From the NCBI GenBank assembly GCA_050506795.1, contig JBJHCF010000023.1, positions 17,898 through 81,897 of the forward strand: a stretch of 64,000 nt of DNA, written 5' to 3'. Under the pieces are notes generated by a model. That model saw only the letters and a program-made list of their open reading frames with translations. It ran no database searches and had not been told where the DNA came from. Made by a program: the position numbers and the translations under genes. The stretch comes from Opitutia bacterium. Lineage in GTDB: Bacteria > Verrucomicrobiota > Verrucomicrobiia > Opitutales > T3Sed10-336. Positions 10,343 through 21,515 of this stretch are shown piece after piece (positions within the stretch are counted from its first letter, which is position 1; each line of letters starts with the position of its first letter).

Positions 10343-12355
10343 TTAGCGTTCGGACATCCGGATCACGGTCAACGAATGGGCGGGTGCATCATAGGTGAAT
10401 TCAGGCGCGACCTCGATGCTGTCCGTATGCGGAATCACCCGGTTCGGGTTTTCCAAATCGTTCACAGCCATCGGATCCCCGGTCAGCACCGTTCGGATCG
10501 CCAGGGGAAGGAAGTCACCCAATCCGCGCAGATCGACTTGTGTGGGAACAACCTCGGCTCCCGGATTGACCAGCTTGAGGATCAGATCTCCGGTGGAGGT
10601 GTCACGTACAGCCGAGCCGGCGAAACGCGTCGCTTCGGCAAGCTCGACGGAAACCAGTTCGGAGGGAAGGTAGACATCGCCGGCGTTGTTCCCAAACATC
10701 TTCTGAACGTAATAGTTAACCGTCGGAACGACCTGGGTGTCGGTGAAATAGATCAGGTTCGGGTTCCACTGGGTGTTTCCGATTTTACCCAGGAGCGGCG
10801 CGTAGCTGGCCATCCAGACGATGTCGCCGTTCCGCTCCAGCGCGGTCATGTAGGCGGCCTCCGCGAGGGCTGAACGCAATGTCGTCCGGCGGCCGGCGTC
10901 ATGGGCGGCGTATTCGCTGAGGAATACGCGGGATTTTTCACGGTCGTAAGCGTCGTATCGCTTCATGTTCTGCAAAAACCAGGAAGGCGACTGGTAATAG
11001 TGTTCGGCGATCATTTCGAGTCCGTGCTCATTGGCGAATTCCCAGCCGGCCTCAAAATCCGGTCCGTCCGGAAAGGGCCCGACATTGCCGATGATCGTGA
11101 TCTCCGGATACTTCTCTTTGACCGCGTCGTGAATCATTCTGAAGCGTTCGAAAAACTCCGGCGTCTGGGCGTCCTCGTTCCCCACCGCCAGGAATTCGAG
11201 GTTAAAAGGCTCCGGCCGTCCGGCCGCGGCGCGCTTGGCTCCCCACGTCGATGTTGCCGGACCGTTCGCCCATTCGATCAGGTCAAGGACGTCCTGAATG
11301 TAAGCGGGCATATCATCCAGGGGGATCGCCTGCTGGCCGATTCCCGCCATGTGTCCTGAGTTTTGACAGGAAACGCCCGCCGCGACGACCGGAACCGGCG
11401 CCGCACCGATATCCTCACAGAACTGAAAATACTCAAAGTAACCCAGGCCGACGCTCTGGTGATACCCCCAAATATTCGATTGTCCCCGCCGTTGCTCAAT
11501 CGGCCCGATCGTATCTTTCCAGCGATACATATTGCCGATGCCGTTGCCATGGGCCAGGCAACCGCCCGGGAATCGGACGAATCCCGGATTCAAGTCCGCC
11601 AGCGTCTGCCCGAGGTCCGCCCGCAAACCATTGGGGCGGTCGCGAAAGGTTCTTTCGGGGAACAACGAAATCACGTCCAACGCGACTCCGCCCCTGGCCT
11701 TAGCCAGAATCACCAATCGTCCGTTATCCTCAGTCGCGCTCGCGGTAATTGTGGCGGTCAGCTTTTGCCACTCCCCGCCCACCACTTCGGCGGACGCCTG
11801 ACCCAAAAGATCCCCGGCTTCGTTCTCCAAACGGACATCAAAAGGCATCGGTCTTCCATCGATCCCCGGCCCGCCCCAACGTTGATCCATGTAGAGCTGT
11901 TTTGCGAACATGGAAAACTCGTAGTTCTCACCCTCCTGAACCGAGATCCCGCCAAACCCCCGATTCATCAGCCCGACACCGGCGCCAACCTGATCGATGT
12001 TCAAAACGACATACTTCGGATTGTTCGGGTGCAGCGGCACGGCCGCATCGATCGCGGCCCCTCCCCTGCCTCCCCCGCGGGTCACCACCTCCCAGCCGGT
12101 GAAGGCGTTCCACTGAATGTTGGCGGTCTCCTCGAAATCGAACGAACGATTTCGCACCAACTCGGCGTAAAGCCCCCCGTCGGCGGCATGATTGAGGTCT
12201 TCGAAAAAGATTCCGAAAAGTTTCGGACTGATCGATTTCTCCGGACTGGCGGAATCCACTCTCATAATCATCTCCTCAGCGTGTAAAGGCGTCACTGCGA
12301 CCAAAAGTCCCGCGAAGCAGGATAATAAGGACAAAAATTTAGTAGTTGTATTCAT
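10343..12355 (-). CDS. Alpha-L-arabinofuranosidase, GH51, secreted
   Basis: Signal peptide; GIFFEDLNHAADGGLYAEL, RFPGGC, AVGNED, SEYAAH, SYAPL; paralogous to 7083..9539. Confidence 0.9.
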   Translation of the reverse strand: MNTTTKFLSLLSCFAGLLVAVTPLHAEEMIMRVDSASPEKSISPKLFGIFFEDLNHAADGGLYAELVRNRSFDFEETANIQWNAFTGWEVVTRGGGRGGAAIDAAVPLHPNNPKYVVLNIDQVGAGVGLMNRGFGGISVQEGENYEFSMFAKQLYMDQRWGGPGIDGRPMPFDVRLENEAGDLLGQASAEVVGGEWQKLTATITASATEDNGRLVILAKARGGVALDVISLFPERTFRDRPNGLRADLGQTLADLNPGFVRFPGGCLAHGNGIGNMYRWKDTIGPIEQRRGQSNIWGYHQSVGLGYFEYFQFCEDIGAAPVPVVAAGVSCQNSGHMAGIGQQAIPLDDMPAYIQDVLDLIEWANGPATSTWGAKRAAAGRPEPFNLEFLAVGNEDAQTPEFFERFRMIHDAVKEKYPEITIIGNVGPFPDGPDFEAGWEFANEHGLEMIAEHYYQSPSWFLQNMKRYDAYDREKSRVFLSEYAAHDAGRRTTLRSALAEAAYMTALERNGDIVWMASYAPLLGKIGNTQWNPNLIYFTDTQVVPTVNYYVQKMFGNNAGDVYLPSELVSVELAEATRFAGSAVRDTSTGDLILKLVNPGAEVVPTQVDLRGLGDFLPLAIRTVLTGDPMAVNDLENPNRVIPHTDSIEVAPEFTYDAPAHSLTVIRMSER

Positions 12356-12944
12356 TTTTTAATTACTAAAGGAATTTTCAAATTCTCCCCAGCTACGCCA
12401 TTCAAGTTCTGCAGGGACAATCTCCTCACGAGTATATTGGGTCCGTAGAATATGGCCACTCCCATCAAATTCTATTTGGTCAATTCCGTTTCCGCGGCGA
12501 ATAAAGAAGCCACAAGAACTCCTGGCGGTCAAAATGAACGCGACTCTCGCCCATTCTGTTTCATAACAAGATGAGTCGAATTATAGTATCTACTTCATTC
12601 CATCAGAGACTTAAATCACGGCACTATACATTCATCACATCGGTCTCCATATTGATTCCTTCACCGGCGAATTTAAAGACTTTCGGATCATCCCATTCAT
12701 GTGACAGTAACTTCTATTTCCACCAAAAGACTCCCTAAGGCCCACTGTTCATCGCCGTTTGAACCAGGCACCAGGAACACTCCTTCCACCCCCATTCGCC
12801 ATCGTCCACCGAGCCCGTGTCCTCATGACACTCTCCCATTTTCTTATGGCCTTCGCCGGACGGGGTGCTAGTCTGAAAGCCAGCCTTCCGTTTCCTCGGA
12901 CGAAGAGGGGGGCATCATTCATAACCACTATCGACGCCTTCGCC

Positions 12945-15038
12945 ATGGATCCATTTATACCACATCTCACCTTCGCTGCGACGGTCGCTTGCGTCGCGTT
13001 GTTTTGTACCACCGTCGTTCGAAGCGACTCTCCCGTCGCGGTGCCGAACCCGGTGATCTACGACCTGGCCGACAGCGGCGTCATGCATTACAACGGAGAA
13101 TACTACATTATCGGAAACTGGATCGCCGGACATATGCTCTCCTCGGAAGACCTGCTCGAATGGGGCAACCGGACCCACGTGTTTTCCATGGACAATGAAT
13201 GGGCGGTCGGGGCGGCGGGCCGGGACCGTGAAATCCACGCCTGCGACATCCACTATGTCGATGGCGTATTCCACCTCTATTGGTCGGTCAACCGGGCCGA
13301 CATCGTGCGCGCCATCGGTCACGCCACCAATACGGAGAGCCCCATGAGCTTCTACACCGAACCGGTCAGGGATCGTCCGTTCGCCGAAAAGATCGATCCT
13401 CATCTCTTTATCGACGACGACGGGACGCCCTATTTCTACACCACGAAATTCCCCCCCGGTCTGGGCAACGTCATCTACGGCCAGCGGATGGAGGATCCGT
13501 GGACTCTGGTCGGTGAGGATATCCGCCTGCTGACCCCCTCCCGCGGCACCTGGGAGACCCAGGACGCGGAAGTCAATGAAGCCCAATGGGTCATGAGGTA
13601 CCGGGATTGGTATTACATGCTCTACAATGCGAATCACACCCGCTTTCCCGGCTACGCCATCGGGGTTGCCGCCCAGAACGAAGGGCCGCTCGCTTTTCGA
13701 AACGCCCACAAATACCCGGAACCGGTGGTGGCGCAAATCGCCCGCAACGGGCACGAAATCACCCACACCGGACAACCCTCCGTCGTCCGCGGCCCCAATG
13801 GATTCGAGTGGTGGGTGGCCTACTTCGCCAGCTACGATGGAGGGCGGCGCTCGATTGGCATCGATCGCGTGCTCTTCTTCGACCGGCAGTTGCACGTCGA
13901 CGGGCCTACCAGCATCGCAACCGCAACCGAAAAAACCTACTCTCCGCCCCCCGCTCCCGCGACCCTGCGCGATCTCTTCAACCAGGGAACCTCCCTCGGC
14001 GACCACTGGAATATCGTGGCGGGTGATTGGGAGGTGCACGAAGGACAGGCCCGACAAACCGATGGAGGAGCCGACCTGGGCTTGGCCTTCGCGCGGAGCG
14101 CTCCGGCCCGAAACTACCTGGTCGAAGCCAATGTCAGGATCCACGACGACGCCTCCGGACCTGCCGGCCTGGTTGCCTATTATGAAGATCCCGAGAACTG
14201 GCTGGCGGTTGCTCTCGACCCCCAATCCGGCGGCTGGCGTTATGCCAAAAGGATTAACGGGGAAGATTTCTCCGAGACGTATCCCCTCCCCGACTCCTAC
14301 GACTTTCATGTTTACCGAAACCTTCGGGTGGAAAAAAATCACGACCAATTCCGGGTCTGGATCGACGAGCGCCCGGCTCCTGGCAACCCGGTTATCGGTG
14401 CTAAATTCAAAGGCGCCGGCCTGCCGGGAATGATGACCCGCCAGTCACGCTCTGATTTTGACGGATTCATCTACACCATCGGCTGGGATGAATACGACGA
14501 CCGGATCAACGGATGGGGAAGCGCCGCCGACGGTGAGGCCCCACAAGGATCCTGGGCCGTGGGAGCCGCGGGGATTACCGCCGACGGCGACGCCACGATC
14601 AACCGGATCTTCAAAGGCGATCTCCTTCACGAATACGAATTCATGACGCAGGTCACACTGGACACCTCTCGGGATGACAACGACGACACCCGTATGGGAA
14701 TTCTTGCTGTTTACGTCGATGCTGAAAACCACCTCGCCGCCACCATCGACGCGTCCAACAGTGAACTGGTCATTACTGGCTTGAAGGATGGGGAAAGCCT
14801 CGCCGAACAGCGGATATCGCTGCCCGAACCTAAATCAAGCTATAACCTCCGCGCCATCAAACGCGACGACGCCACCCGCATCTTCGTCGACGGAGTCCTT
14901 CAAGCAACAATCCCCGGCACCTGGGCTCCTTCTCAGGTCGGCCTGATAACGAAAAACGCCAAATCCTCCTTCAACGGCATCACCCACTTCAACCTCCGCC
15001 CCATCCACAAAAGCGAGATGCCTGATAATCTCCCCTGA
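12945..15038 (+). CDS. Family 43 glycosyl hydrolase with C-terminal beta-sandwich/lectin domains
   Basis: NPVIYDLAD, IDPHLFIDDDGTPYFY, VNEAQW..YYMLYNAN and TGQPSVVRGPNG are five-bladed-propeller motifs; start chosen at MDPF (ORF track starts at TTG 12759). Confidence 0.8.
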   Translation: MDPFIPHLTFAATVACVALFCTTVVRSDSPVAVPNPVIYDLADSGVMHYNGEYYIIGNWIAGHMLSSEDLLEWGNRTHVFSMDNEWAVGAAGRDREIHACDIHYVDGVFHLYWSVNRADIVRAIGHATNTESPMSFYTEPVRDRPFAEKIDPHLFIDDDGTPYFYTTKFPPGLGNVIYGQRMEDPWTLVGEDIRLLTPSRGTWETQDAEVNEAQWVMRYRDWYYMLYNANHTRFPGYAIGVAAQNEGPLAFRNAHKYPEPVVAQIARNGHEITHTGQPSVVRGPNGFEWWVAYFASYDGGRRSIGIDRVLFFDRQLHVDGPTSIATATEKTYSPPPAPATLRDLFNQGTSLGDHWNIVAGDWEVHEGQARQTDGGADLGLAFARSAPARNYLVEANVRIHDDASGPAGLVAYYEDPENWLAVALDPQSGGWRYAKRINGEDFSETYPLPDSYDFHVYRNLRVEKNHDQFRVWIDERPAPGNPVIGAKFKGAGLPGMMTRQSRSDFDGFIYTIGWDEYDDRINGWGSAADGEAPQGSWAVGAAGITADGDATINRIFKGDLLHEYEFMTQVTLDTSRDDNDDTRMGILAVYVDAENHLAATIDASNSELVITGLKDGESLAEQRISLPEPKSSYNLRAIKRDDATRIFVDGVLQATIPGTWAPSQVGLITKNAKSSFNGITHFNLRPIHKSEMPDNLP

Positions 15039-15073
15039 TGATAATCCACCAAGGGGGCTAAGAAGCATGGATC

Positions 15074-15250
15074 GCACTCGGTTAAGGCGGTGGATCAAAG
15101 GACCTTAGCCTAATCGCATCGGTCGTCCCCTGAAGGGCAATGCTCCCGCATAGCCGGGTTTGTCCCGGCAACAGGTGATGCCACGATCCCCTCGCAACGC
15201 CGGCCACCGGGGTCATACCTTACGGCGGCAACGCGGGAGCGCCGCCCTCC
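15074..15250. mobile_element. Partial type A IS4-like MITE
   Basis: GCACTCGGTTAAGGCGGTGGATC..TAATCGCATCGG..ATGCTCCCGCAT and GCGGGAGCGCCGCCCTCCA match segments of 6348..6900. Confidence 0.65.
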
Positions 15251-15269
15251 AATCCGAGAACACCCATTC

Positions 15270-15705
15270 GCATGGCATGCCATCCTACGTCACCGAGAGC
15301 GAGTTCCTCCCCGGCGACGGAGCAATTCAGCCGGTCCGCGACTCTGAACAATCGACCGTACTCACCTCAGCTCCCGACCCCGATGCGCGGACGTGGTCAG
15401 CCAGACCCATTCTCACCGCCCTCGCTTGGATCTGGCTGACCGGCATGCTGGTGACGGCATTGCCATTGATTTCCGGTTGTGCCGCGATTCGCCGCCTGCT
15501 CCGCCAGTCGGTGCGTATCGAGAACGATCGGGAGTTCGAGGCTCTCAACGCTCTGCAAGCAACCCTTGGGTTCAACGGCAGCCTACGCCTGTACCGCGGT
15601 CCGGAAGGCACCATGCCGATGACTTGCGGATTCGGTTTATGGCGAGCGCCCGCCACACTGATCCCCGCGGAATCGCGGAGCTGGAGCGACAATCGATTGC
15701 GGACG
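15270..15705 (+). pseudogene. BlaR1/MecR1 (peptidase M56) fragment
   Basis: LAWIWLTG..AIRRLLRQS..LRLYRGPEGTMPMTCG..LIPAESRSWSDNRLR matches the M56 segment that precedes HExxH; the motif is absent and the sequence diverges at ~15706. Confidence 0.65.
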
Positions 15706-15862
15706 GGTTTCCCTGCAGGAAGACTCTTAGCGTTTAGAAGGAGCCTCAGATTTCTATCGTCTGCTCCTCCGAGGACTTTTGGATTGCATCCAGAAAGCAT
15801 TTGTCATTTTATCAAGACTCGATCGGGAATCCGTTGCCCTTTCAGTAAACGAGCTGAATCAA

Positions 15863-18800
15863 ATGATCAGATTGCTACTCCTCTCAACCATCCTGTTAAT
15901 CGCCACACAAGGTTTCGTTTCGTCCGCGACTTCCGAATCCGATTCGAAAATTCTGTTTTTTGAGGATTTCGAGGCTGAGAACGCCCTCGACCGGTGGGCG
16001 ATGGAGTCGACCGGGCAGGGGCGCGTCCGCATTGCCGAAGACCCGAGGGACGCTTCCAACCGCGGCCTGGTCATGGACGACGCCGTGAACGACGCGGTTT
16101 TTTCTCAAAACATCGCGCGAACCACGCTGCCGATCGCCGGCTTCACGGACGTACAGCTATCCGCGGATCTCTATTCTTTTAATAATCATGTCCACACGGT
16201 GGAAGGGTTTGATGGCATTGTGCTTCGCGCCGGTGAAGTCGTTCTCCGGTACAGCACCACCTGGGAAGTCGAGCAATCTTTTTCCATAGACGTCGATGAG
16301 GAGTTGCTCACCGCCGCTGCGGTTGGCGACGGGCTCCTGACCATCGAACTGCACCAATACGGAAATTTTTCGGTACCGCAAAACGGATTGTTTTTTGACA
16401 ACATCAAAGTCACAGGCAACCAGGTCCGGTCCATTTTCGTTGTGTCACCTCTCGTGACGCTGAAATCCGAGCCGCTGGAACTGACCGTCCTGCTCGATCC
16501 GGTTCCCGACGAGGATGTGGAGCTGACCCTTCTTCGGCAGGGAAGTCTCCATGGAACGGCGACGTATCCGGCGGAGGCGGAAATGACGACGCTGACTTTC
16601 CCCAATTTCGACAATAATACCCTGGATGGAGACCGCTTCTACGAGCTTGCGGTCACGGACGGGCGCTTTTCTTCGTCGCCTTTCTACATACTCGTCCAGG
16701 ACGACACTCCGGCCGGCCTCAGCCTGGTTCTCCCCGAGTCGGTCGTGGAGGGAGAAACCGGCACCGGAACCGCAACCGTAAGCGCGAATCGGGAGTCGTC
16801 GCTCACCGTCGCCTTGGAGAGTTCCGATCCGTCGATCGCTTCCGTGCCACCAACCGTAACCCTCCCGGCCCACAGTTCCTCGGTGAACTTCCCGATTACC
16901 ACCCTTGAGGATCCGCGGGTGCTGGATGACCGAACGGTCACGATCACGGCGCGCGTCGGCGCCGATATTGTCGAACAGGAGATCTCGATCACGGAGGTCA
17001 ACACGCTGATGCCGGTCCTCAGTGGGCCGCAGGAACTGACTGAAGGGGACTCCGAAGTGGAGTTCACCTTTAGGCTGGACGGCATTTCCGACGAGGAGCT
17101 CACCCTTGTTTTTTCCGCCGATCCGAGTGAGGTATCGATTGATCCGGAGAGCGTCATTGTCGCGCCGGGAGAACGAGAAGGTTTGGTGCAGGTCAGCGTC
17201 GAAGATGATTCGATTCTGCAGGGAGACCGACCCTTCACCCTCACGGTAACAACGACCAAAACCGGGGAGACGAGCACTTTGGGGGGAACGATCCTCGACA
17301 ACAATATTGCCGGGTTTGCTTTCTCAATACCGGAAATGATCGAGGCGGACAAGAACCTGAATCTGACTGTCCTGGCGGTCAACATTGACGGCAGCGTCGT
17401 TCCGGCCTTTGCCGGCAGCGCCAGTGTTTTCCTCAAAAACCGCGACAGCGAAGAGGAGGCATTGCTGGTGGAGGACCTTGTTTTCGCAGGAGGTGAAGCA
17501 ACCACCAACCTAACCCTTCCGTTCTCCTCCCGGGGTGAAGTGCTAGTGGTCAGATCGCACGAAAATGAGGTCGAGACCACCTCGGTGCCGCTCTCCATTT
17601 TTGCGAATCTTGCCTTCGCGGCCAATGACATCGTTTACGACCCCGAGCGCGATCGCCTTTATACGGTGAGCGGTGGAACCGCGATTTCCGGGCATCGGCA
17701 CTCGCTGACGGTCATCGACCCGGATACCGCCGAGATCGGCGAGGCCTTGTTTATCGGCGGCGATCCGAGAAATCTGGTCATCACCGATAACCATGAATAC
17801 GTCTACGCCGGACTATTCGATTCTTTCGCCGTCCAGCGCGTAAATCTCGATTCCTTTACGACCGCGGAAAAATTCACACTGGACGCGACCGGCAGTTGGG
17901 CGGGCCGTTCCTATACTCCGGCAACGATTCTCACCGTCCCCGGTCGGGCCCGCGATTTTGTGGTCGGTCAAGACGCAGTCGGGTCCACCTACACCACAAC
18001 CCGGCTTTACCTTAACGGAGTGGTGCAGCCGCAAGATCGCCGGTCGAGGTTAATTGTCCCCGGCGGAGCGCCGGATGAGTTTTATGCCGTCGGATCCGAT
18101 TTGAAGCGTATGGGCATAATATCCGATGGCGTCGCAGTTCGTGAATCGAAACGAAACTTCATGTCCGGCACCCTTATTGCCGGCCAGAATGACCTCCTGT
18201 TTTCGGATCGTGGGATGGTCGTCGATGGACTGAAGCTGGAAACGATCGCCGAGTTGCGCTTTCCTCCCGAATGGACCAGTTCCTTTAGCAGTCCTCAGGT
18301 AGTGGCGTATCCCGATGTTGATCGCTCGCGGGTGTATTATGCCCACGGAAACCAGATCGTTGCCTACGATACCGGTGTTTTTCAGAGCATAGCGTCAAAA
18401 ACGATTCCGGAAATCGGAAACATTTCTCGTATTATCCGCTGGGGCGACGTCGGTCTCGCCGTGCTCACCAGCGAAGCACAAGTGGTTCTGTTTGATGCCG
18501 AGGACCTGGTACCGACCGGGCCGGCCACCGATCTTTCCGTAAGCATTACGGCCGCTCCCGACCCGGTGTTCCTTTCCGAATTGGTCGAATACACCGCGAC
18601 AATCGAAAACATCGGCGTCGAAATCGCCCGGGACACCCGGTTGCTCATCGAACTGAACGCAGGCCAACGCCTTGAGACTATTTCGGCCGGCACCTTCGGT
18701 TCCAGCAGTCACGGCCGGACGGTCACCATAGAAATCGGCGACATGGAACCCGGAAGCAGCCATCAGTTTTCCGTAACAGCCGAGGCGATCGAAGTTACGA

Positions 18801-20518
18801 CCCTTATCGGAACAGCGGGGGCTCTAACCCGTTCACTCGACACCAACTACGCCAACAACCGGGCCTCCGTCGTGCTAAACGTCGGTTTTGATTCGGAGCC
18901 CGAGTCCGTCAACGTTGTAAAGATTCCGATCAATGAGGTTTTGCTTGAACCAGTCAGCGGTGATTTGGTTGTTTCGGTTCAATCAAACGCGCATCCCGGA
19001 ATCGCGAACCATGTGTTGGCGATCGACCCAACCTCCGGCTTGATCACCCGCTCGATCCCTATTCCAGCCGAGCCTGGCCTCCTCGCGCTTTCCGACGACG
19101 GCAGCACCGTTTACGCCTTGAACAGAAACATCGGCTACCGGGTGGATCTCAATACCGGGGAAATTGTAGATACGATCACCTTCACGAGTTCGTTCGGAAG
19201 CGACATTCCGCGAAGCATCGTTGTTAAGACCGGCACTTTGGACACACTCGTGGTGGGCTTTGATCGCAGGGCCGGGCTGTTTGTTGATGGAAATCGGATA
19301 GCAGAAATGGCAAATAATTCCCCAGAGGTTGTCCCGTTGCCTGAGCCGAACCAGATTTTCGCGTTCAACAGCTCATCGACCGGATTCCAATCCTACCTGC
19401 TGGAAATCGATGAGAACAGTCTGTCGGTGGCCTCTACCGCCAGCCTCTTCAGTGGCTTCAGCACCCGAATCAAAAGTGACGATTATTTTGTCTATGGCAG
19501 CGACGGAAAAGGCGTGCGTGCGGATTTGATGACGCTCGACGGAACCTTTTCGTTCTCCGAAGCCTTCTCGGGGACGGTGGGCTCGTTAACCGCCTTCGCT
19601 CCCGACCGGGCTGGCCAACGAATCTATTACGCGCGCAACAAAGAGATCGCCTCCTTCGATACCGGGAGCTACCTGATGGTGCGGAAGGAGAGCTTCGATA
19701 ATTTACCAGCCAACATCACCTCTCTGGAACGCTGGGGAGATGACGGATTTGCCGCCCGGCTTCAGAACGACGAACTGGCGATAATTCGCACGAACCTCGT
19801 TTCACAAAAAGCATCGTCTATTGACCTCCTGGTCGATCTGCCGGACGGAAGCGAAGTGGGTGTACCGAACCTGAGAGTCAGCGGGAGTGCTTTCGGCGGC
19901 CAGGGTATAACAGGAGTCAGCGTTAATAGCCACGAGGCCACCACAACGAATGCTTACCTCCATTGGGAAGCCGTCGTGGGAGATCTGGCGGAAGGCGAAA
20001 ACATATTGACCATTACCGCCACCGATTCCAGCAACCCGCCGGCGACACGGACGATCACTCGCACCGTTTATTATAACCCGCACTTGGACAGTAACGGCGA
20101 TGGACTGGCGGACTCCTGGGTTGTCGAATATTTTGGAGACCTGGATTCCCCCCAGGCAAATCCATATCTGGATCTTTCGGGCGACGGACGGAACAATCTC
20201 ACCGCCTATTTGTTCGGCACCAATCCCTTCGAACCGGACGCTCCATACCTTGAGATCAGCCGGAACCCCGGCCCGAACGAAGAGCTCCGGTTCTATCTGG
20301 AGTTCATCCACCGCGCCTCTCCCGATTGGGATTTTGTCGTCTACAGTTCAGGGGATCTCGACAACTGGATAAATTTCGCCGGTGAAATCGAGCAGGTAGG
20401 AGAACCCGCCCCCATGGAAGGCACTACGAATTATGTCAGACGCACCTATCGTGTGACCCCGGAAAACGGAACCGGTATGGAATTCTTGCGGATTCAGGCT
20501 ATTAGACAGACGCATTGA
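15863..20518 (+). CDS. Large secreted multidomain surface protein (Ig/Calx-beta-like repeats, two beta-propellers, DUF11-like domain, C-terminal DxxGDG...FLRI domain)
   Basis: Signal peptide MIRLLLLS; ANDIVYDPERDRLY and RWGD(V/D)G(L/F)A repeated propellers; TDLSVSITAAPDPV..DTNYANN (DUF11-like); DSNGDGLADSW. Confidence 0.75.
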   Translation: MIRLLLLSTILLIATQGFVSSATSESDSKILFFEDFEAENALDRWAMESTGQGRVRIAEDPRDASNRGLVMDDAVNDAVFSQNIARTTLPIAGFTDVQLSADLYSFNNHVHTVEGFDGIVLRAGEVVLRYSTTWEVEQSFSIDVDEELLTAAAVGDGLLTIELHQYGNFSVPQNGLFFDNIKVTGNQVRSIFVVSPLVTLKSEPLELTVLLDPVPDEDVELTLLRQGSLHGTATYPAEAEMTTLTFPNFDNNTLDGDRFYELAVTDGRFSSSPFYILVQDDTPAGLSLVLPESVVEGETGTGTATVSANRESSLTVALESSDPSIASVPPTVTLPAHSSSVNFPITTLEDPRVLDDRTVTITARVGADIVEQEISITEVNTLMPVLSGPQELTEGDSEVEFTFRLDGISDEELTLVFSADPSEVSIDPESVIVAPGEREGLVQVSVEDDSILQGDRPFTLTVTTTKTGETSTLGGTILDNNIAGFAFSIPEMIEADKNLNLTVLAVNIDGSVVPAFAGSASVFLKNRDSEEEALLVEDLVFAGGEATTNLTLPFSSRGEVLVVRSHENEVETTSVPLSIFANLAFAANDIVYDPERDRLYTVSGGTAISGHRHSLTVIDPDTAEIGEALFIGGDPRNLVITDNHEYVYAGLFDSFAVQRVNLDSFTTAEKFTLDATGSWAGRSYTPATILTVPGRARDFVVGQDAVGSTYTTTRLYLNGVVQPQDRRSRLIVPGGAPDEFYAVGSDLKRMGIISDGVAVRESKRNFMSGTLIAGQNDLLFSDRGMVVDGLKLETIAELRFPPEWTSSFSSPQVVAYPDVDRSRVYYAHGNQIVAYDTGVFQSIASKTIPEIGNISRIIRWGDVGLAVLTSEAQVVLFDAEDLVPTGPATDLSVSITAAPDPVFLSELVEYTATIENIGVEIARDTRLLIELNAGQRLETISAGTFGSSSHGRTVTIEIGDMEPGSSHQFSVTAEAIEVTTLIGTAGALTRSLDTNYANNRASVVLNVGFDSEPESVNVVKIPINEVLLEPVSGDLVVSVQSNAHPGIANHVLAIDPTSGLITRSIPIPAEPGLLALSDDGSTVYALNRNIGYRVDLNTGEIVDTITFTSSFGSDIPRSIVVKTGTLDTLVVGFDRRAGLFVDGNRIAEMANNSPEVVPLPEPNQIFAFNSSSTGFQSYLLEIDENSLSVASTASLFSGFSTRIKSDDYFVYGSDGKGVRADLMTLDGTFSFSEAFSGTVGSLTAFAPDRAGQRIYYARNKEIASFDTGSYLMVRKESFDNLPANITSLERWGDDGFAARLQNDELAIIRTNLVSQKASSIDLLVDLPDGSEVGVPNLRVSGSAFGGQGITGVSVNSHEATTTNAYLHWEAVVGDLAEGENILTITATDSSNPPATRTITRTVYYNPHLDSNGDGLADSWVVEYFGDLDSPQANPYLDLSGDGRNNLTAYLFGTNPFEPDAPYLEISRNPGPNEELRFYLEFIHRASPDWDFVVYSSGDLDNWINFAGEIEQVGEPAPMEGTTNYVRRTYRVTPENGTGMEFLRIQAIRQTH

Positions 20519-20612
20519 TCGACTGAGGAATTCCCTGTTTTCGTGTTCGGGCCTCGTTTCTTTGTAAGTTCGTCGAAACTTATTGCACAACTCAGCAACT
20601 CCTGAAGTCAGG

Positions 20613-21515
20613 ATGAAACTCTCAATTGATCCCAAAGGTTTTCGTGTGCCGGCCTCCCGGGGAACGAGCAAACCACTCAACCTGGCGAAACAGCCGACCG
20701 GTATCGATAAGCTGTACCAGTCCGGGAAAAACTACCGGAAACTGTTGAAAGATTCCACTGAGGAATTACACGACCTTCAGCGGATCCTGTACGCCCACGG
20801 CCGATACGCGCTCCTGCTGGTTTTCCAGGGAATGGACACGGCGGGAAAAGACGGCGCCATTCGCCACGTGATGAGCGGCGTCAATCCGCAAGGTTGCCAG
20901 GTTCACAGCTTCAAGCAACCCAGTCAGGAGGAGTTGGCCCATGATTTCCTCTGGCGGACCACCAAAAGACTCCCCATGCGCGGCCATATCGGGATTTTCA
21001 ACCGCTCCTATTATGAGGAAGTATTGATTGTAAAAGCCGTTCCTCCGGTCCTGGCGGCCCAGCCCCTGCCGAAGGAATGCGTCGGACACAAACACTTTTG
21101 GCGTGACCGGTACCGCGACATCGTTCAGTTCGAAGACTACCTTCACCGGAACGGGACTCGCATCCTTAAATTTTTCCTCCACGTCTCCAAGGAGGAGCAG
21201 CGGAAGCGACTGCTCTCCCGCGCCAAGGATGCCGAGAAACACTGGAAAATCAGCCCGGCCGACCTGGAGAGCCGGGCGCAATGGGACGCGTTTCAAATGG
21301 TCTACGGCGAGTGCCTGCGACACACCTCCCATTCCGCGGCGCCCTGGTATGCCGTACCGGCCGACGACAAGCGCAACGCCCGATTGATCATCTCCCACAT
21401 TCTTATTGAAACCCTCCGTTCGCTTCCGATCGCCTACCCAAAACCCGACAAGGCGCAATTGGCAGAGGTCGAACGGGTGAGAAAGGTTCTCATCGCTGAG
21501 GGTAAAACTCAATGA
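20613..21515 (+). CDS. ppk2: Polyphosphate kinase 2 family (class III-like)
   Basis: Walker A QGMDTAGKDG, FKQPS.EELAHDFLWR, FNRSYYEEV, PWYAVPADDK. Confidence 0.92.
   Translation: MKLSIDPKGFRVPASRGTSKPLNLAKQPTGIDKLYQSGKNYRKLLKDSTEELHDLQRILYAHGRYALLLVFQGMDTAGKDGAIRHVMSGVNPQGCQVHSFKQPSQEELAHDFLWRTTKRLPMRGHIGIFNRSYYEEVLIVKAVPPVLAAQPLPKECVGHKHFWRDRYRDIVQFEDYLHRNGTRILKFFLHVSKEEQRKRLLSRAKDAEKHWKISPADLESRAQWDAFQMVYGECLRHTSHSAAPWYAVPADDKRNARLIISHILIETLRSLPIAYPKPDKAQLAEVERVRKVLIAEGKTQ

Noticed and set aside
12356..12944. Riboswitch, ncRNA or operator in the AT-rich divergent gap
   Set aside because: No recognisable aptamer or convincing repeated palindrome.
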